Shown here in pieces: positions 31,312 to 44,600 of a DNA stretch of 64,000 bases (within the stretch, counting starts at the first letter, position 1; every line of letters begins with the position of its first letter). The DNA comes from Yuukianura sp. NJ FZ-2021 (Eukaryota). The position numbers were made by a program, and so were the translations under genes. The notes below the pieces were generated by a model. The model was not told the DNA's origin, did no database searches, and worked only from the letters and a program-made list of their open reading frames with translations. Location of the stretch: assembly GCA_046563655.1 (NCBI GenBank), contig CM102290.1, positions 6,076,001-6,140,000 of the forward strand, given 5' to 3'.

Positions 31312-33177
31312 TTACGAATTTGCATAGTCAGCAGCAATCGTTTCCAACTCCTTCACCAGCACTTCCTTCGCTTCCATGTCCTCATCAAACTTAAATGCAA
31401 ACGACTTTCCCGCCAAAATCTGCCCTCCCCGGGTGCTTGCTGAACTCCCTCTTCCGTTTTCCATCACCACCAGAATCCCCAAAGCATCAGCTGCAGCCAA
31501 AATCTTGTTCCAGCATTCCTTGTCCTGCTCAAAGCCGAACCTTGTTTGCTGACACACACCGGACAAAGAAATTTCTCGCAGGGCTGGAAGTCTCGGAACT
31601 AGTTCCAAGAACACAACATGGTCAACAGCGCAAGAAAAATCAATGTGACCCACAAGGCGGTCCAAATGTACTTTTCTCAAATTTGGTAGAGATGCAATCG
31701 ATCTTACTAGCTCCCCACGTAACATATTTGCACCGACCAGGGTAAGCTTGTTAATTGACTTTGGATAATTCTGCTGGCAGACAGTTTTGAGTAACCCTTG
31801 ACATCTGCCATGTCCAAAGAAGAATTGGCTATGGCTGTGGGGAATAAACTCCAGGCGCAACTCCGTCAAATTATTCAATTCATCCAACCCCTCAATCCTA
31901 TATGGCGACCTGGCGTCCATCACCACGTTACTAACATCAAGCTTGCGTATGGTTTCTTTGCTATTCTTGATTAATACAGCCATCCGTTGCATTGAAACTC
32001 CGTCTAGTTCTACCTTCAAGCATTCAAAGGCATTTGGCAAGTCCACCAACTAATACTAAAAAACGAGGATGGGAAAGCGTAGTGCGGAAGACAACTGATC
32101 TCCAAAACCCGCAACTTCGGCAACACCACGTTTGGCACAGGGCCGATCTCTCCAAACTCCATGTTGCTCCGCATACATGTTAAGCTCAAAACTTCCAACT
32201 TCCCTTGATGCCGTTGGAAGAATTCGAAGAAGCTATGAACTGTGCGCGGCTTGAATTTGTAACACAACTGGAACTCGGAAAGTTGTTCTAGTACAGAGTA
32301 GGGTTTTGAGCACAAAATTTCAAACAACCCGGGCTGTTGGTGCCTCCCGGCATTTCCGTGGGACAGGCAAGAGTCAATCTCGAGTATCAAGTACTGGAAG
32401 TGGCTCACCATTTGAGACGGCGTGAATTGGGCACAATTGATTTTTCCAATTACACCAACGTGAAAAAAGTTCATCGCCGGAAAAATACGTCCGAATTGCG
32501 TTCCGGAGACCGCTCAAAGAACAAGCACCAGAAAATGTTACCTCCTGGAGCAGGTTTCGAAACTTCATTGCAGGCAGCGCTCCTTCGCGGTAGTTTTTCA
32601 GCACGAGATGCTTCACTTTTGCGTTCTTCATGTGCGGCGGAAGCCAATTGTTGTAGCACACAAGTTTCCACAAAGCTAACCTAAACAAAAGAAACCCTTG
32701 GAACGAACTACTAAATTTTTCAACAGAAGTGTTATGTGACATACCTGTCAACCCGACTTTTCCATTCCCTTGACACAAGTCGCATGGTGTTGAGCTCATG
32801 ATTGCTCAAATGTGACAACACTAAGGCCATCATCTACACAACAAAGAATTGGTGGATACAGAGATATCAAAATCTTGCATATATATATATATATATATAT
32901 CGGGTATACGGATTTGCCACCTTTGGGTTAATGTAAGAATTACCCCAAAGTTCCACGTATATATTAACAACATTTAACCATCGTACCTACTCTGGACGAA
33001 GTAGTTACATCAGCACAATCAAAACACACGTATACGGGTACATTTCTCACACTGCCCCAGTTTCAGGAATATGCGAAAACAGGGTTCATTCTTATGTCGT
33101 CCCACAGAAGCAAAATTTAAACACCCAACCCAACCCCTTACCTCAGCTGGAAGGCTTTCAAACATGGAGTCTTGCAT
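31312..33177 (-). pseudogene. F-box/LRR protein (3 exons, two frameshifts)
   Basis: Exons 33177-33142, 32833-32745 and 32680 onward splice to FESLPAE|MMALVLSHLSNHELNTMRLVSREWKSRVDR|LALW, an F-box. LxxLxL repeats follow (LEVLSL, LRVLEI, LTELRL, LRKVHL, LREISL). Confidence 0.82.
32879..32900. repeat. (AT)n microsatellite in F-box intron 1
   Basis: About 11 AT units. Confidence 0.9.
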
Positions 33178-33679
33178 TGCCCCAAATTCTTCTTTTTTTT
33201 TAATTTGTGTTTGATATTTCTCTCGCAAACGATGTGTTGCAAACGAGAGGAAGTACAGGCAATTATATACCCCAGACCAAAAATGTATGAAACGTTCCAT
33301 TCACGTTGGGGCGTCCAAGGTCAAACGAACTGTCACTCCACGAGAGTCCAAAGTCAATACCGATGAGCTCACCAAGGACAATGGGGCTGAGTCCAGGGTT
33401 CGTTTTGAAGTGAACTTCCTACCCTGCCATCTACTATATGGCATTGATGGTCCAAGGTCATGTGCCCCAAATCTAAGTTCTCAACGTAACTGTTGCAAAT
33501 CTAAACTTGTTCAATTGGTATACTAAAACACCAAATTACTGTGAAAAGAATCAGAATTTTAATAAGAAATTCGATTTGACAAAATAAAGAAAGTGTTGTG
33601 CAATCATAGCTGAATCATATTTACTTCTGAACTTTTTTTTAAATCAATTTCCAAAAAACTTCGTGCAAAGAAAAACAAT

Positions 33680-35224
33680 TTAGAAGCGTCTGATCTTGCG
33701 TCTCAAGGAGCGATGCGTGGATAACACAATTGGTGAAATACCGACGCATTTGCGTGGCCGGCCTCTTCGTCGCTTGTGTAGATCGGTTCCAGAAGCACCC
33801 ACACCGGTTCCCGAAGCACCCGCTCCGGTTCCCGAAGCACCCGCTCCGGCTCTTGAAGCACACGCATAAGCTCCTTCCGCAGCGGCAATTGTCACACCCA
33901 CGGCTGCCGCACTCACTCCGTCTCCCACTCCTGGCGTCACCGAAGCTGACGGTCCGTTTGCTGCTGGTTAAAACTCCCTCTTGATAGTCATGCTGGCCAG
34001 CTCCGACCTCAAGCGAGCACGTTCATCGACGGCTTCCTGCCTACTGCGGTCAGCTGCTGAAGCCCTAGCTTCGGCAAAATATGCGGAATCCCGTGCATTG
34101 CCTAGTTGTTCTTGTAAGTCGAATATTCGTTGTCCGTACGACGAACATTCGTGCATCTGACATTGCAAAGTGTCCATTCTCGCAGCTGATGAGTACTGCT
34201 CTTGAGCCAAACGAATCTTCTCAGCATCAACCTGAGGTTTGGACTCAAGTAGCCTTGCACTCAACTGCTCAACTCGGTTCTCGGATGCTGAAAGTCGCTG
34301 GTTCATGCCGCTCATCACTGCAGTGTTGCTCGCCAAAGTTTTTTCCCGGAAAAAACAACATACACAAAAAATCATAAATGGAACGTGTGGAAATTCAAAC
34401 AAATTCTACTTATTTTTTTTTGTGAAACTTACCACGACTGCGTTTGGGATTTCAGTTCATTCTGTTTTTTTCCAGCTCCAACTGGAGCTGAATGATGACA
34501 CTTCTTTTGTGGGCAGAACCACATTCAACTACAGTAGCTCTACGTGCTCTAAAAATTTAGCAAACCAAAAAACTTTTAATTCTTTGTTTGCAAACGATTC
34601 CAACCATGTAAGATCAAAAAAAATAATTCATACTTACAAAACATTTTGCATAGGCAGAGATGCAACCCTCCCTTGAATATCATTGAGCACGGTCCGAATC
34701 TCACAGATAAAAGCACTGAAACAAAAAAATACATTTAACTATTAAAAAAAATATTTCATGATAATAATAATAATTTTACAAAACGCACTAACCTGGTGTT
34801 CTGGGTTTTCGCCGGAAACATAAGCCCCGTCGTAAGCGGAGAAGTAGATTTTCCGCCCATCAACTCGTTCGCCCATAGTTTTGACACCAGCATAACACAC
34901 TGGACATGGTGTCCTGCAAAAAAAACAAACAGATTAAAATTTCACTTAAAATATCACTTCGAATTAAAAAAAACTTACTCCACTTCGTTTTGATGTCCAA
35001 GGGATCCTGGGTTTGTCGACGCCGCCCAGTTGATCATGCACAACCTAAAAAAAAAAGACACATCAAGCATTTGCTGCATTTTGGAAAAACACAAACTACA
35101 AAAAAAACTTTCTTTTTTCTTACCTGTGCAACACGTGGTTGCACTCGGTGACCACTACCACCGACTTCAGATCTGAAGGCGGGTGTTCCCCAAGCACTTC
35201 CCGGCAGATTGAACAGATTATCAT
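33680..35224 (-). pseudogene. RING-H2 + coiled-coil + AT-hook-like protein (multi-exon, decayed)
   Basis: Spliced exons give MIICSICREVL..VVTECNHVLHR|LCMINW...E|TPCPVC..RKIYF (C3H2C3 RING). A heptad-rich region follows (33968-34350), then 21-bp GASGTGA repeats and KRRRGRPRK. There are several frameshifts and one acceptor appears mutated. TATATAAAT lies at ~35296-35304. Confidence 0.75.
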
Positions 35225-35675
35225 TTCCAAATCGACTTTTTTGCCACTTAAAACTGTTGACTAACTGCACACATCTCAATTTTGAGTCGTCCGTATTTAT
35301 ATATAACGATCAACGAGGACTTAAAACAAAACCACATCAGATGAATTAAAGACTTGTGCAAGCAACGCGCATTTTACACGGGTCAAAGGTCGGAATGAAC
35401 GCGCACCAAGAAATGGTCCTAGTGGCACAATGACACATACGACATATTTCCGTGCACATTCCTACAAACGTTTCAAGGACATCTTACATAAATAACTACA
35501 GCAACTATCACTGACTCATTTTAGAAAAATACTCGCTTTTGAAAGAGGAAAATTCAAGTTGCAATCGAACGAAAAATGTTTGACCTTAACCTTGCATTCT
35601 TCATAACTGCTTCCTGTGACTCAACTTACGAAGCACAAACGTTTTACGTTCTTGGACACACTAGTCATGCTACTC

Positions 35676-38600
35676 TAAAAGTGTCAAGAAACGAACTCTG
35701 TCACGTCAAACTGAAAAAGAAAGTAAAATTGCTACTAGATGTTTTCATAATTCTGAACTTACATATATTTGTTTACAACGTTAGTGCTGAAACTACTAAT
35801 AGTTCCCGCCCTACTTACCCATAATGTCTATTCACATAGTGAGCACAAGCAATTATGTTAGCCTATTTTTACCTAACTTTAACACTACGAAGCTAAACCG
35901 TAAGTTTACAACAAGTGACCGCCTTCCTGCATTCTTAATAAAAACAAAATAATAAATGTTCTAAAAAGCTACAACTGCCTGTTCTGACAAGAGAAATAAA
36001 CTTTAGGCCGTTGCTCAGGGTGCTCGTGCTTCAGCTTAAGCTAATAAAACTTTTGACACGTAAGAAATGTTTCTGTAACAAGCTAGCGTGAACGCTGTGT
36101 AGAAACACTGAGGAGTTAGTTCGAACAAGGTACCGGGTTTCTACAATTTGGAACACTAAACCAATCTTTTCAAGTGTCGAGAACTTTACTCAGAATCAAA
36201 TCAGTCTAGTCAGATTTGGAATTAGTACTAGAACGAAGCTAAAAGAGTAAAGAAACGAACTCTGTCAAGTCAAACTGAAAAAGAAAGAAAAATTGCTACT
36301 AGATGTTTTCATAATTCTGAACTTATATATATTTGTTTACAACGTTAGAGCTGAAACTCCTAATAGTTCTCGCCCTACTTACCCATAATGTATATTCACA
36401 TAGTGAGCACAAGCAATTATGTTAGCCTATTTTTACCTAGCTTTAACACTACGAAGCTAAACCGTACGTTTACAACACGTGACCGCCTTGCTGCATTCTT
36501 AATAAAAACAAAATAATAAATGTTCTAGAAAGCTACAACTGCCTGTTCTGACAAGAGAAATAAACTTTAGGCCGTTGCTCAGGGTGCTCGTGCTTCAGCT
36601 TAAGCTAATAAAACTTTTGACACGTAAGAAATGTTTCTGTAACAAGCTAGCGTGAACGCTGTGTAGAAACACTGAGGAGTTAGTTCGAACAAGGTACCGG
36701 GTTTCTACAATTTGGAACACTAGACCAATCTTTTCAAGTGTCGAGAACTTTACTCAGAATCAAATCAGTCTAGTCAGATTTGGAATTAGTACTAGAACGA
36801 AGCTAAAAGAGTAAAGAAACGAACTCTGTCAAGTCAAACTGAAAAAGAAAGAAAAATTGCTACTAGATGTTTTCATAATTCTGAACTTATATATATTTGT
36901 TTACAACGTTAGAGCTGAAACTCCTAATAGTTCTCGCCCTACTTACCCATAATGTATATTCACATAGTGAGCACAAGCAATTATGTTAGCCTATTTTTAC
37001 CTAGCTTTAACACTACGAAGCTAAACCGTAAGTTTACAACACGTGACCGCCTTGCTGCATTCTTAATAAAAACAAAATAATAAATGTTCTAGAAAGCTAC
37101 AACTGCCTGTTCTGACAAGAGAAATAAACTTTAGGCCGTTGCTCAGGGTGCTCGTGCTTCAGCTTAAGCTAATAAAACTTTTGACACGTAAGAAATGTTT
37201 CTGTAACAAGCTAGCGTGAACGCTGTGTAGAAACACTGAGGAGTTAGTTCGAACAAGGTACCGGGTTTCTACAATTTGGAACACTAGACCAATCTTTTCA
37301 AGTGTCGAGAACTTTACTCAGAATCAAATCAGTCTAGTCAGATTTGGAATTAGTACTAGAACCAAGCTAAAAGTGTAAAGAAACGAACTCTGTCAAGTCA
37401 AACTGAAAAAGAAAGAAAAATTGCTACTAGATGTTTTCATAATTCTGAACTTATATATATTTGTTTACAACGTTAGAACTGAAACTCCTAATAGTTCTCG
37501 CCCTACTTACCCATAATGTCTATTTACATAGTGAGCACAACCAATTATGTTAGCCTATTTTTACCTAACTTTAACACTACGAAGCTAAACCGTAAGTTTA
37601 CAACCAGTGACCGCCTTCCTGCATTCTTAATAAAAACAAAATAATAAATGTTCTAGAAAGCTACAAGTGCCTGTTCTGACAAGAGAAACGACTTTAGGCC
37701 GTTGCTCAGGGTGCTCGTGCTTCAGCTTAAGCTAATAAAACTTTTGACACGTAAGAAATGTTTCTGTAACAAGCTAAGGTGAACGCTGTGTAGAAACACT
37801 GAGGAGTTAGTTCGAACACGGTACCGGGTTTCTACAATTTGGAACACCAGACCAATCTTTTCAAGTGTCGAGAACTTTACTCAGAATCAAATCAATCTAG
37901 TCAGATTTGGAATTAGTACTAGAACCAAGCTAAAAGTGTAAAGAAACGAACTCTGTCACGTCAAACTGAAAAGGAAAGTAAAATTGCTACTAGATGTTTT
38001 CATAATTCTGAACTTATATATATTTGTTTACAACGTTAGAGCTGAAACTCCTAATAGTTCTCGCCCTACTTACCCATAATGTATATTCACATAGTGAGCA
38101 CAAGCAATTATGTTAGCCTATTTTTACCTAGCTTTAACACTACGAAGCTAAACCGCAAGTTTACAGAAATGTGACCGCCTTCCTGCATTATTAATAAAAA
38201 CAAAATAATAAATGTTCTAGCAAGCTACAAGTGCCTGTTCTGACAAGAGAAACGACTTTAGGCCGTTGCTCAGGGTGCTCGTGCTTTAGCTTAAGCTAAT
38301 AAAACTTTTGACACGTAAGAAATGTTTCTGTAACAAGCTAGCGTGAACGCTGTGTAGAAACACTGAGGAGTTAGTTCCAACACGGTACCGGGTTTCTACA
38401 ATTTGGAACACTAGACCAATCTTTTCAAGTGTCGAGAACTTTACTCAGAATCAAATCAGTCTAGTCAGATTTGGAATTAGTACTAGAACGAAGCTAAAAG
38501 AGTAAAGAAACGAACTCTGTCAAGTCAAACTGAAAAAGAAAGAAAAATTGCTACTAGATGTTTTCATAATTCTGAACTTACATATATTTGTTTACAACGT

Positions 38601-41600
38601 TAGAGCTGAAACTACTAATAGTGCCCGCCCTACTTACACATAATGTCTATTCACATAGTGAGCACAAGCAATTATGTTAGCCTATTTTTACCTAACTTTA
38701 ACACTACGAAGCTAAACCGTAAGTTTACAACAAGTGACCGCCTTCCTGCATTCTTAATAAAAACAAAATAATAAATGTTCTAAAAAGCTACAACTGCCTG
38801 TTCTGACAAGAGAAATAAACTTTAGGCCGTTGCTCAGGGTGCTCGTGCTTCAGCTTAAGCTAATAAAACTTTTGACACGTAAGAAATGTTTTTGTAACAA
38901 GCTAGCGTGAACGCTGTGTAGAAACACTGAGGAGTTAGTTCGAACAAGGTACCGGGTTTCTACAATTTGGAACACTAGACCAATCTTTTCAAGTGTCGAG
39001 AACTTTACTCAGAATCAAATCAGTCTAGTCAGATTTGGAATTAGTACTAGAACGAAGCTAAAAGAGTAAAGAAACGAACTCTGTCAAGTCAAACTGAAAA
39101 AGAAAGAAAAATTGCTACTAGATGTTTTCATAATTCTGAACTTATATATATTTGTTTACAACGTTAGAGCTGAAACTCCTAATAGTTCTCGCCCTACTTA
39201 CCCATAATGTCTATTCACATAGTGAGCACAAGCAATTATGTTAGCCTATTTTTACCTAGCTTTAACACTACGAAGCTAAACCGTAAGTTTACAACAAGTG
39301 ACCGCCTTCCTGCATTATTAATAAAAACAAAATAATAAATGTTCTAAAAAGCTACAACTGCCTGTTCTGACAAGAGAAATAAACTTTAGGCCGTTGCTCA
39401 GGGTGCTCGTGCTTCAGCTTAAGCTAATAAAACTTTTGACACGTAAGAAATGTTTCTGTAACAAGCTAGCGTGAACGCTGTGTAGAAACACTGAGGAGTT
39501 AGTTCGAACAAGGTACCGGGTTTCTACAATTTGGAACACTAGACCAATCTTTTCAAGTGTCGAGAACTTTACTCAGAATCAAATCAGTCTAGTCAGATTT
39601 GGAATTAGTACTAGAACGAAGCTAAAAGAGTAAAGAAACGAACTCTGTCAAGTCAAACTGAAAAAGAAAGAAAAATTGCTACTAGATGTTTTCATAATTC
39701 TGAACTTATATATATTTGTTTACAACGTTAGAACTGAAACTCCTAATAGTTCTCGCCTTACTTACCCATAATGTCTATTCACATAGTGAGCACAAGCAAT
39801 TATGTTAGCCTATTTTTACCTAGCTTTAACACTACGAAGCTAAACCGCAAGTTTACAGAAATGTGACCGCCTTCCTGCATTATTAATAAAAACAAAATAA
39901 TAAATGTTCTAGAAAGCTACAAGTGCCTGTTCTGACAAGAGAAACGACTTTAGGCCGTTGCTCAGGGTGCTCGTGCTTCAGCTTAAGCTAATAAAACTTT
40001 TGACACGTAAGAAATGTTTCTGTAACAAGCTAAGGTGAACGCTGTGTAGAAACACTGAGGAGTTAGTTCGAACACGGTACCGGGTTTCTACAATTTGGAA
40101 CACTAGACCAATCTTTTCAAGTGTCGAGAACTTTACTCAGAATCAAATCAGTCTAGTCAGATTTGGAATTAGTACTAGAACCAAGCTAAAAGGGTAAAGA
40201 AACTGAAAAAGAAAGAAAAATTGCTACTAGATGTTTTCATAATTCTGAACTTATATATATTTGTTTACAACGTTAGGACTGAAACTCCTAATAGTTCTCG
40301 CCCTACTTACCCATAATGTCTATTTACATAGTGAGCACAAGCAATTATGTTAGCCTATTTTTACCTAACTTTAACACTACGAAGCTAAACCGTAAGTTTA
40401 CAACCAGTGACCGCCTTCCTGCATTCTTAATAAAAACAAAATAATAAATGTTCTAGAAAGCTACAAGTGCCTGTTCTGACAAGAGAAACGACTTTAGGCC
40501 GTTGCTCAGGGTGCTCGTGCTTCAGCTTAAGCTAATAAAACTTTTGACACGTAAGAAATGTTTCTGTAACAAGCTAGCGTGAACGCTGTGTAGAAACACT
40601 GAGGAGTTAGTTCGAACACGGTACCGGGTTTCTACAATTTGGAACACTAGACCAATCTTTTCAAGTGTCGAGAACTTTACTCAGAATCAAATCATTCTAG
40701 TCAGATTTGGAATTAGTACTAGAACCAAGCTAAAAGTGTAAAGAAACGAACTCTGTCACGTCAAACTGAAAAGGAAAGTAAAATTGCTACTAGATGTTTT
40801 CATAATTCTGAACTTATATATATTTGTTTACAACGTTAGAGCTGAAACTCCTAATAGTTCTCGCCCTACTTACCCATAATGTCTATTCACATAGTGAGCA
40901 CAAGCAATTATGTTAGCCTATTTTTACCTAGCTTTAACACTACGAAGCTAAACCGTAAGTTTACAACACGTGACCGCCTTGCTGCATTCTTAATAAAAAC
41001 AAAATAATAAATGTTCTAGAAAGCTACAAGTGCCTGTTCTGACAAGAGAAACGACTTTAGGCCGTTGCTCAGGGTGCTCGTGCTTCAGCTTAAGCTAATA
41101 AAACTTTTGGCAGGTAAGAAATGTTTCTGTAACAAGCTAGGGTGAACGCTGTGTAGAAACACTGAGGAGTTAGTTCGAACAAGGTACCGGGTTTCTACAA
41201 TTTGGAACATTAGACCAATCTTTTCAAGTGTCGAGAACTTTACTCAGAATCAAATCATTCTAGTCAGATTTGGAATTAGTACTAGAACCAAGCTAAAAGT
41301 GTAAAGAAACGAACTCTGTCAAGTCAAACTGAAAAAGAAAGACAAATTGCTACTAGATGTTTTCATAATTCTGAACTTATATATATTTGTTTATAAACGT
41401 TAGAGCTGAAACTCCTAATAGTTCTCGCCCTACTTACACATAATGTCTATTCACATAGTGAGCACAAGCAATTATGTTAGCCTATTTTTACCTAGCTTTA
41501 ACACTACGAAGCTAAACCGTAAGTTTACAACACGTGACCGCCTTCCTGCATTCTTAATAAAAACAAAATAATAAATGTTCTAAAAAGCTACAACTGCCTG

Positions 41601-44600
41601 TTCTGACAAGAGAAATAAACTTTAGGCCGTTGCTCAGGATGCTCGTGCTTCAGCTTAAGCTAATAAAACTTTTGACACGTAAGAAATGTTTCTGTAACAA
41701 GCTAGCGTGAACGCTGTGTAGAAACACTGAGGAGTTAGTTCGAACACGGTACCGGGTTTCTACAATTTGGAACACTAGACAAATCTTTTCAAGTGTCGAG
41801 AACTTTACTCAGAATCAAATCAGTCCAGTCAGATTTGGAATTAGTACTAGAACGAAGCTAAAAGAGTAAAGAAACGAACTCTGTCAAGTCAAACTGAAAA
41901 AGAAAGAAAAATTGCTACTAGATGTTTTCATAATTCTGAACTTACATATATTTGTTTACAACGTTAGAGCTGAAACTACTAATAGTTCTCGCCTTACTTA
42001 CCCATAATGTCTATTCACATAGTGAGCACAAGCAATTATGTTAGCCTATTTTTACCTAACTTTAACACTACGAAGCTAAACCGTAAGTTTACAACAAGTG
42101 ACCGCCTTCCTGCATTCTTAATAAAAACAAAATAATAAATGTTCTAAAAAGCTACAACTGCCTGTTCTGACAAGAGAAATAAACTTTAGGCCGTTGCTCA
42201 GGGTGCTCGTGCTTCAGCTTAAGCTAATAAAACTTTTGACACGTAAGAAATGTTTCTGTAACAAGCTAGCGTGAACGCTGTGTAGAAACACTGAGGAGTT
42301 AGTTCGAACAAGGTACCGGGTTTCTACAATTTGGAACACTAGACCAATCTTTTCAAGTGTCGAGAACTTTACTCAGAATCAAATCAGTCTAGTCAGATTT
42401 GGAATTAGTACTAGAACGAAGCTAAAAGAGTAAAGAAACGAACTCTGTCAAGTCAAACTGAAAAAGAAAGAAAAATTGCTACTAGATGTTTTCATAATTC
42501 TGAACTTATATATATTTGTTTACAACGTTAGAGCTGAAACTCCTAATAGTTCTCGCCTTACTTACCCATAATGTCTATTCACATAGTGAGCACAAGTAAT
42601 TATGTTAGCCTATTTTTACCTAGCTTTAACACTACGAAGCTAAACCGTAAGTTTACAGAAATGTGACCGCCTTCCTGCATTCTTAATAAAAACAAAATAA
42701 TAAATGTTCTAGAAAGCTACAAGTGCCTGTTCTGACAAGAGAAACTACTTTAGGCCGTTGCTCAGGGTGCTCGTGCTTCAGCTTAAGCTAATAAAACTTT
42801 TGACACGTAAGAAATGTTTCTGTAACAAGCTAAGGTGAACGCTGTGTAGAAACACTGAGGAGTTAGTTCGAACACGGTACCGGGTTTCTACAATTTGGAA
42901 CACTAGACCAATCTTTTCAAGTGTCGAGAACTTTACTCAGAATCAAATCAGTCTAGTCAGATTTGGAATTAGTACTAGAACCAAGCTAAAAGGGTAAAGA
43001 AACTGAAAAAGAAAGAAAAATTGCTACTAGATGTTTTCATAATTCTGAACTTATATATATTTGTTTACAACGTTAGGACTGAAACTCCTAATAGTTCTCG
43101 CCCTACTTACCCATAATGTCTATTTACATAGTGAGCACAACCAATTATGTTAGCCTATTTTTACCTAACTTTAACACTACGAAGCTAAACCGTAAGTTTA
43201 CAACCAGTGACCGCCTTCCTGCATTCTTAATAAAAACAAAATAATAAATGTTCTAAAAAGCTACAACTGCCTGTTCTGACAAGAGAAATAAACTTTAGGC
43301 CGTTGCTCAGGGTGCTCGTGCTTCAGCTTAAGCTAATAAAACTTTTGACACGTAAGAAATGTTTCTGTAACAAGCTAGCGTGAACGCTGTGTAGAAACAC
43401 TGAGGAGTTAGTTCCAACAAGGTACCGGGTTTCTACAATTTGGAACACTAGACAGACCAATCTTTTCAAGTGTCGAGAACTTTACTCAGAATCAAATCAG
43501 TCTAGTCAGATTTGGAATTAGTACTAGAACGAAGCTAAAAGAGTAAAGAAACGAACTCTGTCAAGTCAAACTGAAAAAGAAAGAAAAATTGCTACTAGAT
43601 GTTTTCATAATTCTGAACTTATATATATTTGTTTACAACGTTAGGACTGAAACTCCTAATAGTTCTCGCCCTACTTACCCATAATGTCTATTTACATAGT
43701 GAGCACAACCAATTATGTTAGCCTATTTTTACCTAACTTTAACACTACGAAGCTAAACCGTAAGTTTACAACCAGTGACCGCCTTCCTGCATTCTTAATA
43801 AAAACAAAATAATAAATGTTCTAAAAAGCTACAACTGCCTGTTCTGACAAGAGAAATAAACTTTAGGCCGTTGCTCAGGGTGCTCGTGCTTCAGCTTAAG
43901 CTAATAAAACTTTTGACACGTAAGAAATGTTTTTGTAACAAGCTAGCGTGAACGCTGTGTAGAAACACTGAGGAGTTAGTTCCAACAAGGTACCGGGTTT
44001 CTACAATTTGGAACACTAGACCAATCTTTTCAAGTGTCGAGAACTTTACTCAGAATCAAATCAGTCTAGTCAGATTTGGAATTAGTACTAGAACGAAGCT
44101 AAAAGAGTAAAGAAACGAACTCTGTCAAGTCAAACTGAAAAAGAAAGAAAAATTGCTACTAGATGTTTTCATAATTCTGAACTTATATATATTTGTTTAC
44201 AACGTTAGAGCTGAAACTCCTAATAGTTCTCGCCTTACTTACCCATAATGTCTATTCACATAGTGAGCACAAGTAATTATGTTAGCCTATTTTTACCTAG
44301 CTTTAACACTACGAAGCTAAACCGCAAGTTTACAGAAATGTGACCGCCTTCCTGCATTCTTAATAAAAACAAAATAATAAATGTTCTAGAAAGCTACAAG
44401 TGCCTGTTCTGACAAGAGAAACGACTTTAGGCCGTTGCTCAGGGTGCTCGTGCTTCAGCTTAAGCTAATAAAACTTTTGACACGTAAGAAATGTTTCTGT
44501 AACAAGCTAAGGTGAACGCTGTGTAGAAACACTGAGGAGTTAGTTCGAACACGGTACCGGGTTTCTACAATTTGGAACACTAGACCAATCTTTTCAAGTG

